Assembly (NCBI GenBank): GCA_964016885.1
Contig: OZ024743.1
Coordinates: forward strand, 92,628,001 to 92,692,000
DNA from: Eledone cirrhosa
Lineage: Eukaryota
DNA length: 64,000 bases
Reading direction: 5' to 3'
Position numbers and translations under genes: made by a program. The notes beneath the pieces were generated by a model. The model worked only from the letters and a program-made list of their open reading frames with translations, searched no databases and was not told the DNA's origin. Positions 51,386 to 64,000 of this stretch are shown piece by piece; position 1 is the stretch's first letter; each line of letters opens with the position of its first letter.

Positions 51386-52644
51386 TTATTTTTTTTTAAA
51401 ATTAATTTCTTTTCAGAGCTGTTTATTTTTTACTTGAGTGAGCGCTTAGGAAACCGAGCTGCTGTAAACATTTCCCTTTTTCTTTCTTTAGTTAGTTTGA
51501 TTTGCAAGCTTTTCTCTCCAGTGTCTGTTAGTTTCAAAATAATTATGCACGCAAACTTTTTCCTTTCTTTCAACTCTACCCTTCGCATACATACTACTGC
51601 AAACGTCTTATAGGCTACCGACTGCAAAAACAGAGTTTGTTGATAATTTCAGATATTTCAAAGTTTTATTCCGTCCGCCTTCGGAAGTAGTGAGCCTGCT
51701 ATATACGCTAGAAATTATTTATTGAACAAAGATTTGGCTGCTTTTTCTAGCATGTAAAATGAGGGTCCATTTATACCACTTTCCATCATAATCAGAAACC
51801 ATCATTTTAACACCGAGATTCAAAGAAAAGCTCCCATCACAACTGCTATCACTTTCGCATTTCCCTCTGAAAATATTAAATCGAAACGAAAGAAAGTATT
51901 GAGCCAACACTAAGTGTGTCGATCGGTCATATAACGGGTTCCGGAGCCTACCTCTAATAGCTTTTGATACTAGAAAACACACTGGCAACCTTACTGCGGA
52001 TGATAGCGAGTCTAAGAAGCTGATACAACCAAGCACACTCGTAGTCAGCGTCTGATACCTCGGTAAGGCGAGTGGCCAACTATGACAAAAAGTTCGTTGT
52101 TAGTGGACCAGCTCCTGCAAACGTCTTAGAAGCTACAGGCTGGAAAAACAGAGTTTGTTGATAATTTCCGATGTTTCAAAGTTATATTCCGTCCGCCTTC
52201 GGAAGTAGTGAGCCTGCTATATACTCTAGAAAATATTTATTGAACAAAGATTTGGCTGCTTTTTCTAGCATGTAAAATGAGCACATTTCTTTAGAGCCGT
52301 TCGAATCGAAGATGATGGACATGTGTAATAATTAATTAGGAATGGGTATTGTAGCTAGTTATTTGGCCGAGTTATATAAACAAAAAGAGAACATAAGTTT
52401 TAAAGACAGCAATATCGACAACTATGCGATACTCTCGTAGTTAATAACGTGTGCTAATTTAAAAGTTAGATGAGATTTATGTAAAAGTTTATTAAGCAAC
52501 CTAAATTGCTTGAAAATACTATGTTCTATGGTTGAAAGTATGAAAAATGTAAAATAGAAAATTAAAGTATAAAAGTACTGTAAAAGAAAGGTGTTTAGTG
52601 AGTTGTTTTATACAATAAAACTATTAAATTGAGTGTAAGCTTTC

Positions 52645-52764
52645 GTTTACGGCCATATCCCGCTGAAAACACCGGTTCTCGTCCGATCACCGAAGTTAAG
52701 CAACGTCGAGCCTAGTTAGTACTTGGATGGGTGACCGCTTGGGAACCCTAGGTGCCGTAAGCGT
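52645..52764 (+). rRNA. 5S rRNA: 5S rRNA
   Basis: Matches copy 1. Confidence 0.98.
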
Positions 52765-54022
52765 TTATTTTTTTTTTAAATTAATTTCTTTTCAAAGCTG
52801 TTTATTTTTTACTTGGGTGAGCGCTTAGGAAACCGAGCTGCTGTAAACATTTCCCTTTTTCTTTCTTTAGTTAGTTTGATTTGCAAGCTTTTCTCTCCAC
52901 TGTCTGTTAGTTTCAAAATAATTATGCACGCAAACTTTTTCCTTTCTTTCAACTCTACCCTTCGCATACACACTACTGCAAACGTCTTATAGGCTACCGA
53001 CTGCAAAAACAGAGTTTGTTGATAATTTCAGATGTTTCAAAGTTTTATTCCGTCCGCCTTCGGAAGTAGTGAGCCTGCTATATACGCTGGAAAATATTTA
53101 TTGAACAAAGATTTGGCTGCTTTTTCTAGCATGTAAAATGAGGGTCCATTTATACCACTTTCCATCCTAATCAGAAACCATCATTTTAACACTGAGATTC
53201 AAAGAAAAGCTCCCATCACAACTGCTATCACTTTCGCATTTCCCTCTGAAAATATTAAATCGAAACGAAAGAAAGTATTGAGCCAACACTAAGTGTGTCG
53301 ATCGGTCATATAACGGGTTCCGGAGCCTACCTCTAATAGCTTTTGATACTAGAAAACACACTGGCAACCTTACTGCGGATGATAGCGAGTCTAAGAAGCT
53401 GATACAACCAAGCACACTCGTAGTCAGCGTCTGATACCTCGGTAAGGCGAGTGGCCAACTATGAAAAAAGTTCGTTGTTAGTGGACCAGCTCCTGCAAAC
53501 GTCTTAGAAGCTACAGGCTGGAAAAACAGAGTTTGTTGATAATTTCCGATGTTTCAAAGTTATATTCCGTCCGCCTTCGGAAGTAGTGAGCCTGCTATAT
53601 ACTCTAGAAAATATTTATTGAACAAAGATTTGGCTGCTTTTTCTAGCATGTAAAATGAGCACATTTCTTTAGAGCCGTTCGAATCGAAGATGATGGACAT
53701 GTGTAATAATTAATTAGGAATGGGTATTGTAGCTAGTTATTTGGCCGAGTTATATAAACAAAAAGAGAACATAAGTTTTAAAGACAGCAATATCGACAAC
53801 TATGCGATACTCTCGTAGTTAATAACGTGTGCTAATTTAAAAGTTAGATGAGATTTATGTAAAAGTTTATTAAGCAACCTAAATTGCTTGAAACGACTAT
53901 GTTCTATGGTTGAAAGTATGAAAAATGTAAAATAGAAAATTAAAGTATAAAAGTACTGTAAAAGAAAGGTGTTTAGTGAGTTGTTTTATACAATAAAACT
54001 ATTAAATTGAGTGTAAGCTTTC

Positions 54023-54142
54023 GTTTACGGCCATATCCCGCTGAAAACACCGGTTCTCGTCCGATCACCGAAGTTAAGCAACGTCGAGCCTAGTTAGTAC
54101 TTGGATGGGTGACCGCTTGGGAACCCTAGGTGCCGTAAGCGT
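54023..54142 (+). rRNA. 5S rRNA: 5S rRNA
   Basis: Matches copy 1. Confidence 0.98.
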
Positions 54143-55402
54143 TTATTTTTTTAAAAAATTAATTTCTTTTCAGAGCTGTTTATTTTTTACTTGGGTGAGC
54201 GCTTAGGAAACCGAGCTGCTGTAAACATTTCCCTTTTTCTTTCTTTAGTTAGTTTGATTTGCAAGCTTTTCTCTCCACTGTCTGTTAGTTTCAAAATAAT
54301 TATGCACGCAAACTTTTTCCTTTCTTTCAACTCTACCCTTCGCATACACACTACTGCAAACGTCTTATAGGCTACCGACTGCAAAAACAGAGTTTGTTGA
54401 TAATTTCAGATGTTTCAAAGTTTTATTCCGTCCGCCTTCGGAAGTAGTGAGCCTGCTATATACGCTGGAAAATATTTATTGAACAAAGATTTGGCTGCTT
54501 TTTCTAGCATGTAAAATGAGGGTCCATTTATACCACTTTCCATCCTAATCAGAAACCATCATTTTAACACTGAGATTCAAAGAAAAGGTCCCATCACAAC
54601 TGCTATCACTTTCGCATTTCCCTCTGAAAATATTAAATCGAAACGAAAGAAAGTATTGAGCCAACACTAAGTGTGTCGATCGGTCATATAACGGGTTCCG
54701 GAGCCTACCTCTAATAGCTTTTGATACTAGAAAACACACTGGCAACCTTACTGCGGATGATAGCGAGTCTAAGAAGCTGATACAACCAAGCACACTCGTA
54801 GTCAGCGTCTGATACCTCGGTAAGGCGAGTGGCCAACTATGACAAAAAGTTCGTTGTTAGTGGACCAGCTCCTGCAAACGTCTTAGAAGCTACAGGCTGG
54901 AAAAACAGAGTTTGTTGATAATTTCCGATGTTTGAAAGTTATATTCCGTCCGCCTTCGGAAGTAGTGAGCCTGCTATATACTCTAGAAAATATTTATTGA
55001 ACAAAGATTTGGCTGCTTTTTCTAGCATGTAAAATGAGCACATTTCTTTAGAGCCGTTCGAATCGAAGATGATGGACATGTGTAATAATTAATTAGGAAT
55101 GGGTATTGTAGCTAGTTATTTGGCCGAGTTATATAAACAAAAAGAGAACATAAGTTTTAAAGACAGCAATATCGACAACTATGCGATACTCTCGTAGTTA
55201 ATAACGTGTGCTAATTTAAAAGTTAGATGAGATTTATGTAAAAGTTTATTAAGCAACCTAAATTGCTTGAAACGACTATGTTCTATGGTTGAAAGTATGA
55301 AAAATGTAAAATAGAAAATTAAAGTATAAAAATTACTGTAAAAGAAAGGTGTTTAGTGAGTTGTTTTATACAATAAAACTATTAAATTGAGCGTAAGCTT
55401 TC

Positions 55403-55522
55403 GTTTACGGCCATATCCCGCTGAAAACACCGGTTATCGTCCGATCACCGAAGTTAAGCAACGTCGAGCCTAGTTAGTACTTGGATGGGTGACCGCTTGG
55501 GAACCCTAGGTACCGTAAGCGT
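55403..55522 (+). rRNA. 5S rRNA: 5S rRNA (variants C34A, G110A)
   Basis: C>A at 55436; GGTACC allele. Confidence 0.96.
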
Positions 55523-56781
55523 TTATTTTTTTTTAAAATTAATTTCTTTTCAGAGCTGTTTATTTTTTACTTGAGTGAGCGCTTAGGAAACCGAGCTGCT
55601 GTAAACATTTCCCTTTTTCTTTCTTTAGTTAGTTTGATTTGCAAGCTTTTCTCTCCAGTGTCTGTTAGTTTCAAAATAATTATGCACGCAAACTTTTTCC
55701 TTTCTTTCAACTCTACCCTTCGCATACATACTACTGCAAACGTCTTATAGGCTACCGACTGCAAAAACAGAGTTTGTTGATAATTTCAGATATTTCAAAG
55801 TTTTATTCCGTCCGCCTTCGGAAGTAGTGAGCCTGCTATATACGCTAGAAATTATTTATTGAACAAAGATTTGGCTGCTTTTTCTAGCATGTAAAATGAG
55901 GGTCCATTTATACCACTTTCCATCATAATCAGAAACCATCATTTTAACACCGAGATTCAAAGAAAAGCTCCCATCACAACTGCTATCACTTTCGCATTTC
56001 CCTCTGAAAATATTAAATCGAAACGAAAGAAAGTATTGAGCCAACACTAAGTGTGTCGATCGGTCATATAACGGGTTCCGGAGCCTACCTCTAATAGCTT
56101 TTGATACTAGAAAACACACTGGCAACCTTACTGCGGATGATAGCGAGTCTAAGAAGCTGATACAACCAAGCACACTCGTAGTCAGCGTCTGATACCTCGG
56201 TAAGGCGAGTGGCCAACTATGACAAAAAGTTCGTTGTTAGTGGACCAGCTCCTGCAAACGTCTTAGAAGCTACAGGCTGGAAAAACAGAGTTTGTTGATA
56301 ATTTCCGATGTTTGAAAGTTATATTCCGTCCGCCTTCGGAAGTAGTGAGCCTGCTATATACTCTAGAAAATATTTATTGAACAAAGATTTGGCTGCTTTT
56401 TCTAGCATGTAAAATGAGCACATTTCTTTAGAGCCGTTCGAATCGAAGATGATGGACATGTGTAATAATTAATTAGGAATGGGTATTGTAGCTAGTTATT
56501 TGGCCGAGTTATATAAACAAAAAGAGAACATAAGTTTTAAAGACAGCAATATCGACAACTATGCGATACTCTCGTAGTTAATAACGTGTGCTAATTTAAA
56601 AGTTAGATGAGATTTATGTAAAAGTTTATTAAGCAACCTAAATTGCTTGAAAATACTATGTTCTATGGTTGAAAGTATGAAAAATGTAAAATAGAAAATT
56701 AAAGTATAAAAGTACTGTAAAAGAAAGGTGTTTAGTGAGTTGTTTTATACAATAAAACTATTAAATTGAGTGTAAGCTTTC

Positions 56782-56901
56782 GTTTACGGCCATATCCCGC
56801 TGAAAACACCGGTTCTCGTCCGATCACCGAAGTTAAGCAACGTCGAGCCTAGTTAGTACTTGGATGGGTGACCGCTTGGGAACCCTAGGTGCCGTAAGCG
56901 T
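56782..56901 (+). rRNA. 5S rRNA: 5S rRNA
   Basis: Matches copy 1. Confidence 0.98.
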
Positions 56902-58160
56902 TTATTTTTTTAAAAAATTAATTTCTTTTCAGAGCTGTTTATTTTTTACTTGGGTGAGCGCTTAGGAAACCGAGCTGCTGTAAACATTTCCCTTTTTCTT
57001 TCTATAGTTAGTTTGATTTGCAAGCTTTTCTCTCCACTGTCTGTTAGTTTCAAAATAATTATGCACGCAAACTTTTTCCTTTCTTTCAACTCTACCCTTC
57101 GCATACACACTACTGCAAACGTCTTATAGGCTACCGACTGCAAAAACAGAGTTTGTTGATAATTTCAGATGTTTCAAAGTTTTATTCCGTCCGCCTTCGG
57201 AAGTAGTGAGCCTGCTATATACGCTGGAAAATATTTATTGAACAAAGATTTGGCTGCTTTTTCTAGCATGTAAAATGAGGGTCCATTTATACCACTTTCC
57301 ATCCTAATCAGAAACCATAATTTTAACACTGAGATTCAAAGAAAAGCTCCCATCACAACTGCTATCACTTTCGCATTTCCCTCTGAAAATATTAAATCGA
57401 AACGAAAGAAAGTATTGAGCCAACACTAAGTGTGTCGATCGGTCATATAACGGGTTCCGGAGCCTACCTCTAATAGCTTTTGATACTAGAAAACACACTG
57501 GCAACCTTACTGCGGATGATAGCGAGTCTAAGAAGCTGATACAACCAAGCACACTCGTAGTCAGCGTCTGATACCTCGGTAAGGCGAGTGGCCAACTATG
57601 ACAAAAAGTTCGTTGTTAGTGGACCAGCTCCTGCAAACGTCTTAGAAGCTACAGGCTGGAAAAACAGAGTTTGTTGATAATTTCCGATGTTTCAAAGTTA
57701 TATTCCGTCCGCCTTCGGAAGTAGTGAGCCTGCTATATACTCTAGAAAATATTTATTGAACAAAGATTTGGCTGCTTTTTCTAGCATGTAAAATGAGCAC
57801 ATTTCTTTAGAGCCGTTCGAATCGAAGATGATGGACATGTGTAATAATTAATTAGGAATGGGTATTGTAGCTAGTTATTTGGCCGAGTTATATAAACAAA
57901 AAGAGAACATAAGTTTTAAAGACAGCAATATCGACAACTATGCGATACTCTCGTAGTTAATAACGTGTGCTAATTTAAAAGTTAGATGAGATTTATGTAA
58001 AAGTTTATTAAGCAACCTAAATTGCTTGAAACGACTATGTTCTATGGTTGAAAGTATGAAAAATGTAAAATAGAAAATTAAAGTATAAAAGTACTGTAAA
58101 AGAAAGGTGTTTAGTGAGTTGTTTTATACAATAAAACTATTAAATTGAGTGTAAGCTTTC

Positions 58161-58280
58161 GTTTACGGCCATATCCCGCTGAAAACACCGGTTCTCGTCC
58201 GATCACCGAAGTTAAGCAACGTCGAGCCTAGTTAGTACTTGGATGGGTGACCGCTTGGGAACCCTAGGTGCCGTAAGCGT
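58161..58280 (+). rRNA. 5S rRNA: 5S rRNA
   Basis: Matches copy 1. Confidence 0.98.
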
Positions 58281-59540
58281 TTATTTTTTTAAAAAATTAA
58301 TTTCTTTTCAGAGCTGTTTATTTTTTACTTGGGTGAGCGCTTAGGAAACCGAGCTGCTGTAAACATTTCCCTTTTTCTTTCTTTAGTTAGTTTGATTTGC
58401 AAGCTTTTCTCTCCACTGTCTGTTAGTTTCAAAATAATTATGCACGCAAACTTTTTCCTTTCTTTCAACTCTACCCTTCGCATACACACTACTGCAAACG
58501 TCTTATAGGCTACCGACTGCAAAAACAGAGTTTGTTGATAATTTCAGATGTTTCAAAGTTTTATTCCGTCCGCCTTCGGAAGTAGTGAGCCTGCTATATA
58601 CGCTGGAAAATATTTATTGAACAAAGATTTGGCTGCTTTTTCTAGCATGTAAAATGAGGGTCCATTTATACCACTTTCCATCCTAATCAGAAACCATCAT
58701 TTTAACACTGAGATTCAAAGAAAAGCTCCCATCACAACTGCTATCACTTTCGCATTTCCCTCTGAAAATATTAAATCGAAACGAAAGAAAGTATTGAGCC
58801 AACACTAAGTGTGTCGATCGGTCATATAACGGGTTCCGGAGCCTACCTCTAATAGCTTTTGATACTAGAAAACACACTGGCAACCTTACTGCGGATGATA
58901 GCGAGTCTAAGAAGCTGATACAACCAAGCACACTCGTAGTCAGCGTCTGATACCTCGGTAAGGCGAGTGGCCAACTATGACAAAAAGTTCGTTGTTAGTG
59001 GACCAGCTCCTGCAAACGTCTTAGAAGCTACAGGCTGGAAAAACAGAGTTTGTTGATAATTTCCGATGTTTCAAAGTTATATTCCGTCCGCCTTCGGAAG
59101 TAGTGAGCCTGCTATATACTCTAGAAAATATTTATTGAACAAAGATTTGGCTGCTTTTTCTAGCATGTAAAATGAGCACATTTCTTTAGAGCCGTTCGAA
59201 TCGAAGATGATGGACATGTGTAATAATTAATTAGGAATGGGTATTGTAGCTAGTTATTTGGCCGAGTTATATAAACAAAAAGAGAACATAAGTTTTAAAG
59301 ACAGCAATATCGACAACTATGCGATACTCTCGTAGTTAATAACGTGTGCTAATTTAAAAGTTAGATGAGATTTATGTAAAAGTTTATTAAGCAACCTAAA
59401 TTGCTTGAAAATACTGTGTTCTATGGTTGAAAGTATGAAAAATGTAAAATAGAAAATTAAAGTATAAAAATTACTGTAAAAGAAAGGTGTTTAGTGAGTT
59501 GTTTTATACAATAAAACTATTAAATTGAGCGTAAGCTTTC

Positions 59541-59660
59541 GTTTACGGCCATATCCCGCTGAAAACACCGGTTCTCGTCCGATCACCGAAGTTAAGCAAC
59601 GTCGAGCCTAGTTAGTACTTGGATGGGTGACCGCTTGGGAACCCTAGGTGCCGTAAGCGT
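59541..59660 (+). rRNA. 5S rRNA: 5S rRNA
   Basis: Matches copy 1. Confidence 0.98.
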
Positions 59661-60920
59661 TTATTTTTTTTTAAAATTAATTTCTTTTCAGAGCTGTTTA
59701 TATTTTACTTGGGTGAGCGCTTAGGAAACCGAGCTGCTGTAAACATTTCCCTTTTTCTTTCTTTAGTTAGTTTGATTTGCAAGCTTTTCTCTCCAGTGTC
59801 TGTTAGTTTCAAAATAATTATGCACGCAAACTTTTTCCTTTCTTTCAACTCTACCCTTCGCATACACACTATTGCAAACGCCTTATAGGCTACCGACTGC
59901 AAAAACAGAGTTTGTTGATAATTTCAGATATTTCAAACTTTTATCCCGTCCGCCTTCCGAAGTAGTGAGCCTGCTATATACGCTAGAAAATATTTATTGA
60001 ACAAAGATTTGGCTGCTTTTTCTAGCATGTAAAATGAGGGTCCATTTATACCACTTTCCATCCTAATCAGAAACCATCATTTTAACACCGAGATTCAAAG
60101 AAAAGCTCCCATCACAACTGCTATCACTTTCGCATTTCCCTCTGAAAATATTAAGTCGAAACGAAAGAAAGTATTGAGCCAACACTAAGTGTGTCGATCG
60201 GTCATATAACGGGTTCCGGAGCCTACCTCTAATAGCTTTTGATACTAGAAAACACACTGGCAACCTTACTGCGGATGATAGCGAGTCTAAGAAGCTGATA
60301 CAACCAAGCACACTCGCAGTCAGCGTCTGATACCTCGGTAAGGCGAGTGGCCAACTATGACAAAAAGTTCGTTGTTAGTGGACCAGCTCCTGCAAACGTC
60401 TTAGAAGCTACAGGCTGGAAAAACAGAGTTTGTTGATAATTTCCGATGTTTCAAAGTTATATTCCGTCCGCCTTCGGAAGTAGTGAGCCTGCTATATACT
60501 CTAGAAAATATTTATTGAACAAAGATTTGGCTGCTTTTTCTAGCATGTAAAATGACCACATTTCTTTAGAGCCGTTCGAATCGAAGATGATGGACATGTG
60601 TAATAATTAATTAGGAATGGGTATCGTAGCTAGTTATTTGGCCGAGTTATATAAACAAAAAGAGAACATAAGTTTTAAAGACAGCAATATCGACAACTAT
60701 GCGATACTCTCGTAGTTAATAACGTGTGCTAATTTATAAGTTAGATGAGATTTACGTAAAGGTTTATTAAGCAACCTAAATTGCTTGAAAATACTATGTT
60801 CTATGGTTGAAAGTATGAAAAATGTAAAATAGAAAATTAAAGTATAAAAATTACTGTAAAAGAAAGGTGTTTAGTGAGTTGTTTTATACAATAAAACTAT
60901 TAAATTGAGTGAAAGATTTC

Positions 60921-61040
60921 GTTTACGGCCATATCCCGCTGAAAACACCGGTTCTCGTCCGATCATCGAAGTTAAGCAACGTCGAGCCTAGTTAGTACTT
61001 GGATGGGTGACCGCTTGGGAACCCTAGGTGCTGTAAGCGT
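60921..61040 (+). rRNA. 5S rRNA: 5S rRNA (variants C46T, C112T)
   Basis: C>T at 60966 and 61032, both at CpG. Confidence 0.96.
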
Positions 61041-62300
61041 TTATTTTTTTAAAAAATTAATTTCTTTTCAGAGCTGTTTATTTTTTACTTGGGTGAGCGC
61101 TTAGGAAACCGAGCTGCTGTAAACATTTCCCTTTTTCTTTCTTTAGTTAGTTTGATTTGCAAGCTTTTCTCTCCAGTGTCTGTTAGTTTCAAAATAATTA
61201 TGCACGCAAACTTTTTCCTTTCTTTCAACTCTACCCTTCGCATACACACTACTGCAAACGTCTTATAGGCTACCGACTGCAAAAACAGAGTTTCTTGATA
61301 ATTTCAGATATTTCAAACTTATATTCCGTCCGCCTTCGGAAGTAGTGAGCCTGTTATATATGCTAGAAAATATTTATTGAACAAAGATTTGGCTGCTTTT
61401 TCTAGCATGTAAAATGAGGGTCCATTTATACCACTTTCCATCCTAATCAGAAACCATCATTTTAACACCGAGATTCAAAGAAAAGCTCCCATCACAACTG
61501 CTATCACTTTCGCATTTCCCTCTGAAAATATTAAATCGAAACGAAAGAAAGTATTGAGCCAACACTAAGTGTGTCGATCGGTCACATAACGGGTTCCGGA
61601 GCCTACCTCTAATAGCTTTTGACACTAGAAAACACACTGGCAACCTTACTGCGGATGATAGCGAGTCTAAGAAGCTGATACAACCAAGCACACTCGCAGT
61701 CAGCGTCTGATACCTCGGTAAGGCGAGTGGCCAACTATGACAAAAAGTTCGTTGTTAGTGGACCAGCTCCTTTAAACGTCTTAGAAGCTACAGGCTGGAA
61801 AAACAGAGTTTGTTGATAATTTCCGCTGTTTCAAAGTTATATTCCGTCCGCCTTCGGAAGTAGTGAGCCTGCTATATACTCTAGAAAATATTTATTGAAC
61901 AAAGATTTGGCTGCTTTTTCTAGCATGTAAAATGAGCACATTTCTTTAGAGCCGTTCGAATCGAACATGGTGGACATGTGTAATAATTAATTAGGAATGG
62001 GTATCGTAGCTAGTTATTTGGCCAAGTTATATAAACAAAAAGAGAACATAAGTTTTAAAGACAGCAATATCGACAACTATGCGATACTCTCGTAGTTAAT
62101 AACGTGTGCTAACTTATAAGTTAGATGAGATTTATGTAAAAGTTTATTAAGCAACCTAAATTGCTTGAAAATACTATGTTCTATGGTTGAAAGTATGAAA
62201 AATGTAAAATAGAAAATTAAAGTATAAAAATTACTGTAAAAGAAAGGTGTTTAGTGAGTTGTTTTATACAATAAAACTATTAAATTGAGTGTAAGATTTC

Positions 62301-62420
62301 GTTTACGGCCATATCCCGCTGAAAACACCGGTTCTCGTCCGATCACCGAAGTTAAGCAACGTCGAGCCTAGTTAGTACTTGGATGGGTGACCGCTTGGGA
62401 ACCCTAGGTGCCGTAAGCGT
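62301..62420 (+). rRNA. 5S rRNA: 5S rRNA
   Basis: Matches copy 1. Confidence 0.98.
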
Positions 62421-63677
62421 TTAATTTTTTTAAATTAATTTCTTTTCAGAGCTATTTATTTTTTAGTTCGGTGGCCGCTTAGGAAACCGAGCTGCTGTAA
62501 ACATTTCCCTTTTTCTTTCTTTAGTTAGTTTGATTTGCAAGCTTTTCTCTCCAGTGTCTGTTAGTTTCAAAATAATTATGCACGCAAACTTTTTCCTTTC
62601 TTTCAACTCTACCCTTCGCATACACACTACTGCAAACGTCTTATAGGCTACCGACTGCAAAAACAGAGTTTGTTGATAATTTCAGATATTTCAAACTTTT
62701 ATTCCGTCCGCCTTCGGAAGTAGTGAGCCTGCTATATACGCTAGAAAATATTTATTGAACAAAGATTTGGCTGCTTTTTCTAGCATGTAAAATGAGGGTC
62801 CATTTATACCACTTTCCATCCTAATCAGAAACCATCATTTTAACACCGAGATTCAAAGAAAAGCTCCCATCACAACTGCTATCACTTTCGCATTTCCCTC
62901 TGAAAATATTAAGTCGAAAAGAAAGAAAGTATTGAGCCAACACTAAGTGTGTCTATCGGTCACATAACGAGTTCCGGAGCCTACCTCTAATAGCTTTTGA
63001 CACTAGAAAACACACTGGCAACCTTACTGCGGATGATAGCGAGTCTAAGAAGCTGATACAACCAAGCACACTCGCAGTCAGCGTCTGATACCTCGGTAAG
63101 GCGAGTGGCCAACTATGACAAAAAGTTCGTTGTTAGTGGACCAGCTCCTGCAAACGTCTTAGAAGCTACAGGCTGGAAAAACAGAGTTTGTTGATAATTT
63201 CCGATGTTTCAAAGTTATATTCCGTCCGCCTTCGGAAGTAGTGAGCCTGCTATATACTCGAGAAAATATTTATTGAACAAAGATTTGGCTGCTTTTTCTA
63301 GCATGTAAAATGAGCACATTTCTTTAGAGCCGTTCGAATCGAAGATGATGGACATGTGTAATAATTAATTAGGAATGGGTATCGTAGCTAGTTATTTGGC
63401 CGAGTTATATAAACAAAAAGAGAACATAAGTTTTAAAGACAGCAATATCGACAACTATGCGATACTCTCGTAGTTAATAACGTGTGTTAATTTATAAGTT
63501 AGATGAGATTTATGTAAAGGTTTATTAAGCAACCTAAATTGCTTGAAAATACTATGTTCTATGGTTGAAAGTATGAAAAATGTAAAATAGAAAATTAAAG
63601 TATAAAAGTACTGTAAAAGAAAGGTGTTTAGTGAGTTGTTTTATACAATAAAACTATTAAATTGAGTGTAAGATTTC

Positions 63678-63797
63678 GTTTACGGCCATATCCCGCTGAA
63701 AACACCGGTTCTCGTCCGATCACCGAAGTTAAGCAACGTCGAGCCTAGTTAGTACTTGGATGGGTGACCGCTTGGGAACCCTAGGTGCCGTAAGCGT
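63678..63797 (+). rRNA. 5S rRNA: 5S rRNA (copy 47)
   Basis: Matches copy 1. Confidence 0.98.
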
Positions 63798-64000
63798 TTA
63801 ATTTTTTTAAATTAATTTCTTTTCAGAGCTATTTATTTTTTAGTTCGGTGGCCGCTTAGGAAACCGAGCTGCTGTAAACATTTCCCTTTTTCTTTCTTTA
63901 GTTAGTTTGATTTGCAAGCTTTTCTCTCCAGTGTCTGTTAGTTTCAAAATAATTATGCACGCAAACTTTTTCCTTTCTTTCAACTCTACCCTTCGCATAC

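Larger units (their letters stand above)
1..64000 (+). repeat. 5S rDNA tandem array, ~1380-bp unit, 47 gene copies, runs off both window ends
   Basis: Sequence at 1 recurs at 1381, 2761, 4141 etc.; ORF track repeats with a 1380-bp period; small indels after ~29.2 kb and one 862-bp unit. Confidence 0.99.

Noticed and set aside
898-62660. Repeated 62-105 aa ORFs in the ORF track
   Set aside because: Short, mostly non-ATG starts, no recognisable domain, with lengths and presence toggling by single spacer SNPs; by-products of the repeat.
1-64000. CRISPR array or prokaryotic repeat system
   Set aside because: Units are ~1380 bp and near-identical throughout, with no unique spacers and no cas genes; the 5S gene is eukaryotic type.

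Overview
The whole window is a head-to-tail tandem array of eukaryotic (metazoan) 5S rDNA. I count 47 full-length 5S rRNA genes on the + strand, in a repeat unit of about 1380 bp (exactly 1380 bp spacing for the first 21 genes). From memory, the 5S sequence resembles lophotrochozoan/mollusc, possibly cephalopod, 5S; that is an unverified inference. No protein-coding gene is supported, and the ORF track only reflects spacer sequence repeated per unit. The roughly 1260-bp spacer has internal structure: (i) a T-run Pol III terminator, (ii) a degenerate copy of the 3' third of the 5S gene about 46 bp downstream of each gene, (iii) two 167-bp direct repeats (A and B, about 95% identical, 518 bp apart) flanking a 351-bp segment with imperfect terminal inverted repeats and a nested stem-loop carrying C/D-box-like motifs, and (iv) an A-rich upstream region with a palindrome at -40..-24. 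One unit (46271-47132) is 862 bp because A and B recombined into a solo copy. Variants reveal multi-unit duplications, a haplotype switch near 45-48 kb and increasing divergence toward the right end. I found no linked U1/U2/U4/U5/U6 snRNA, recognisable SL RNA, tRNA or hammerhead ribozyme by eye.
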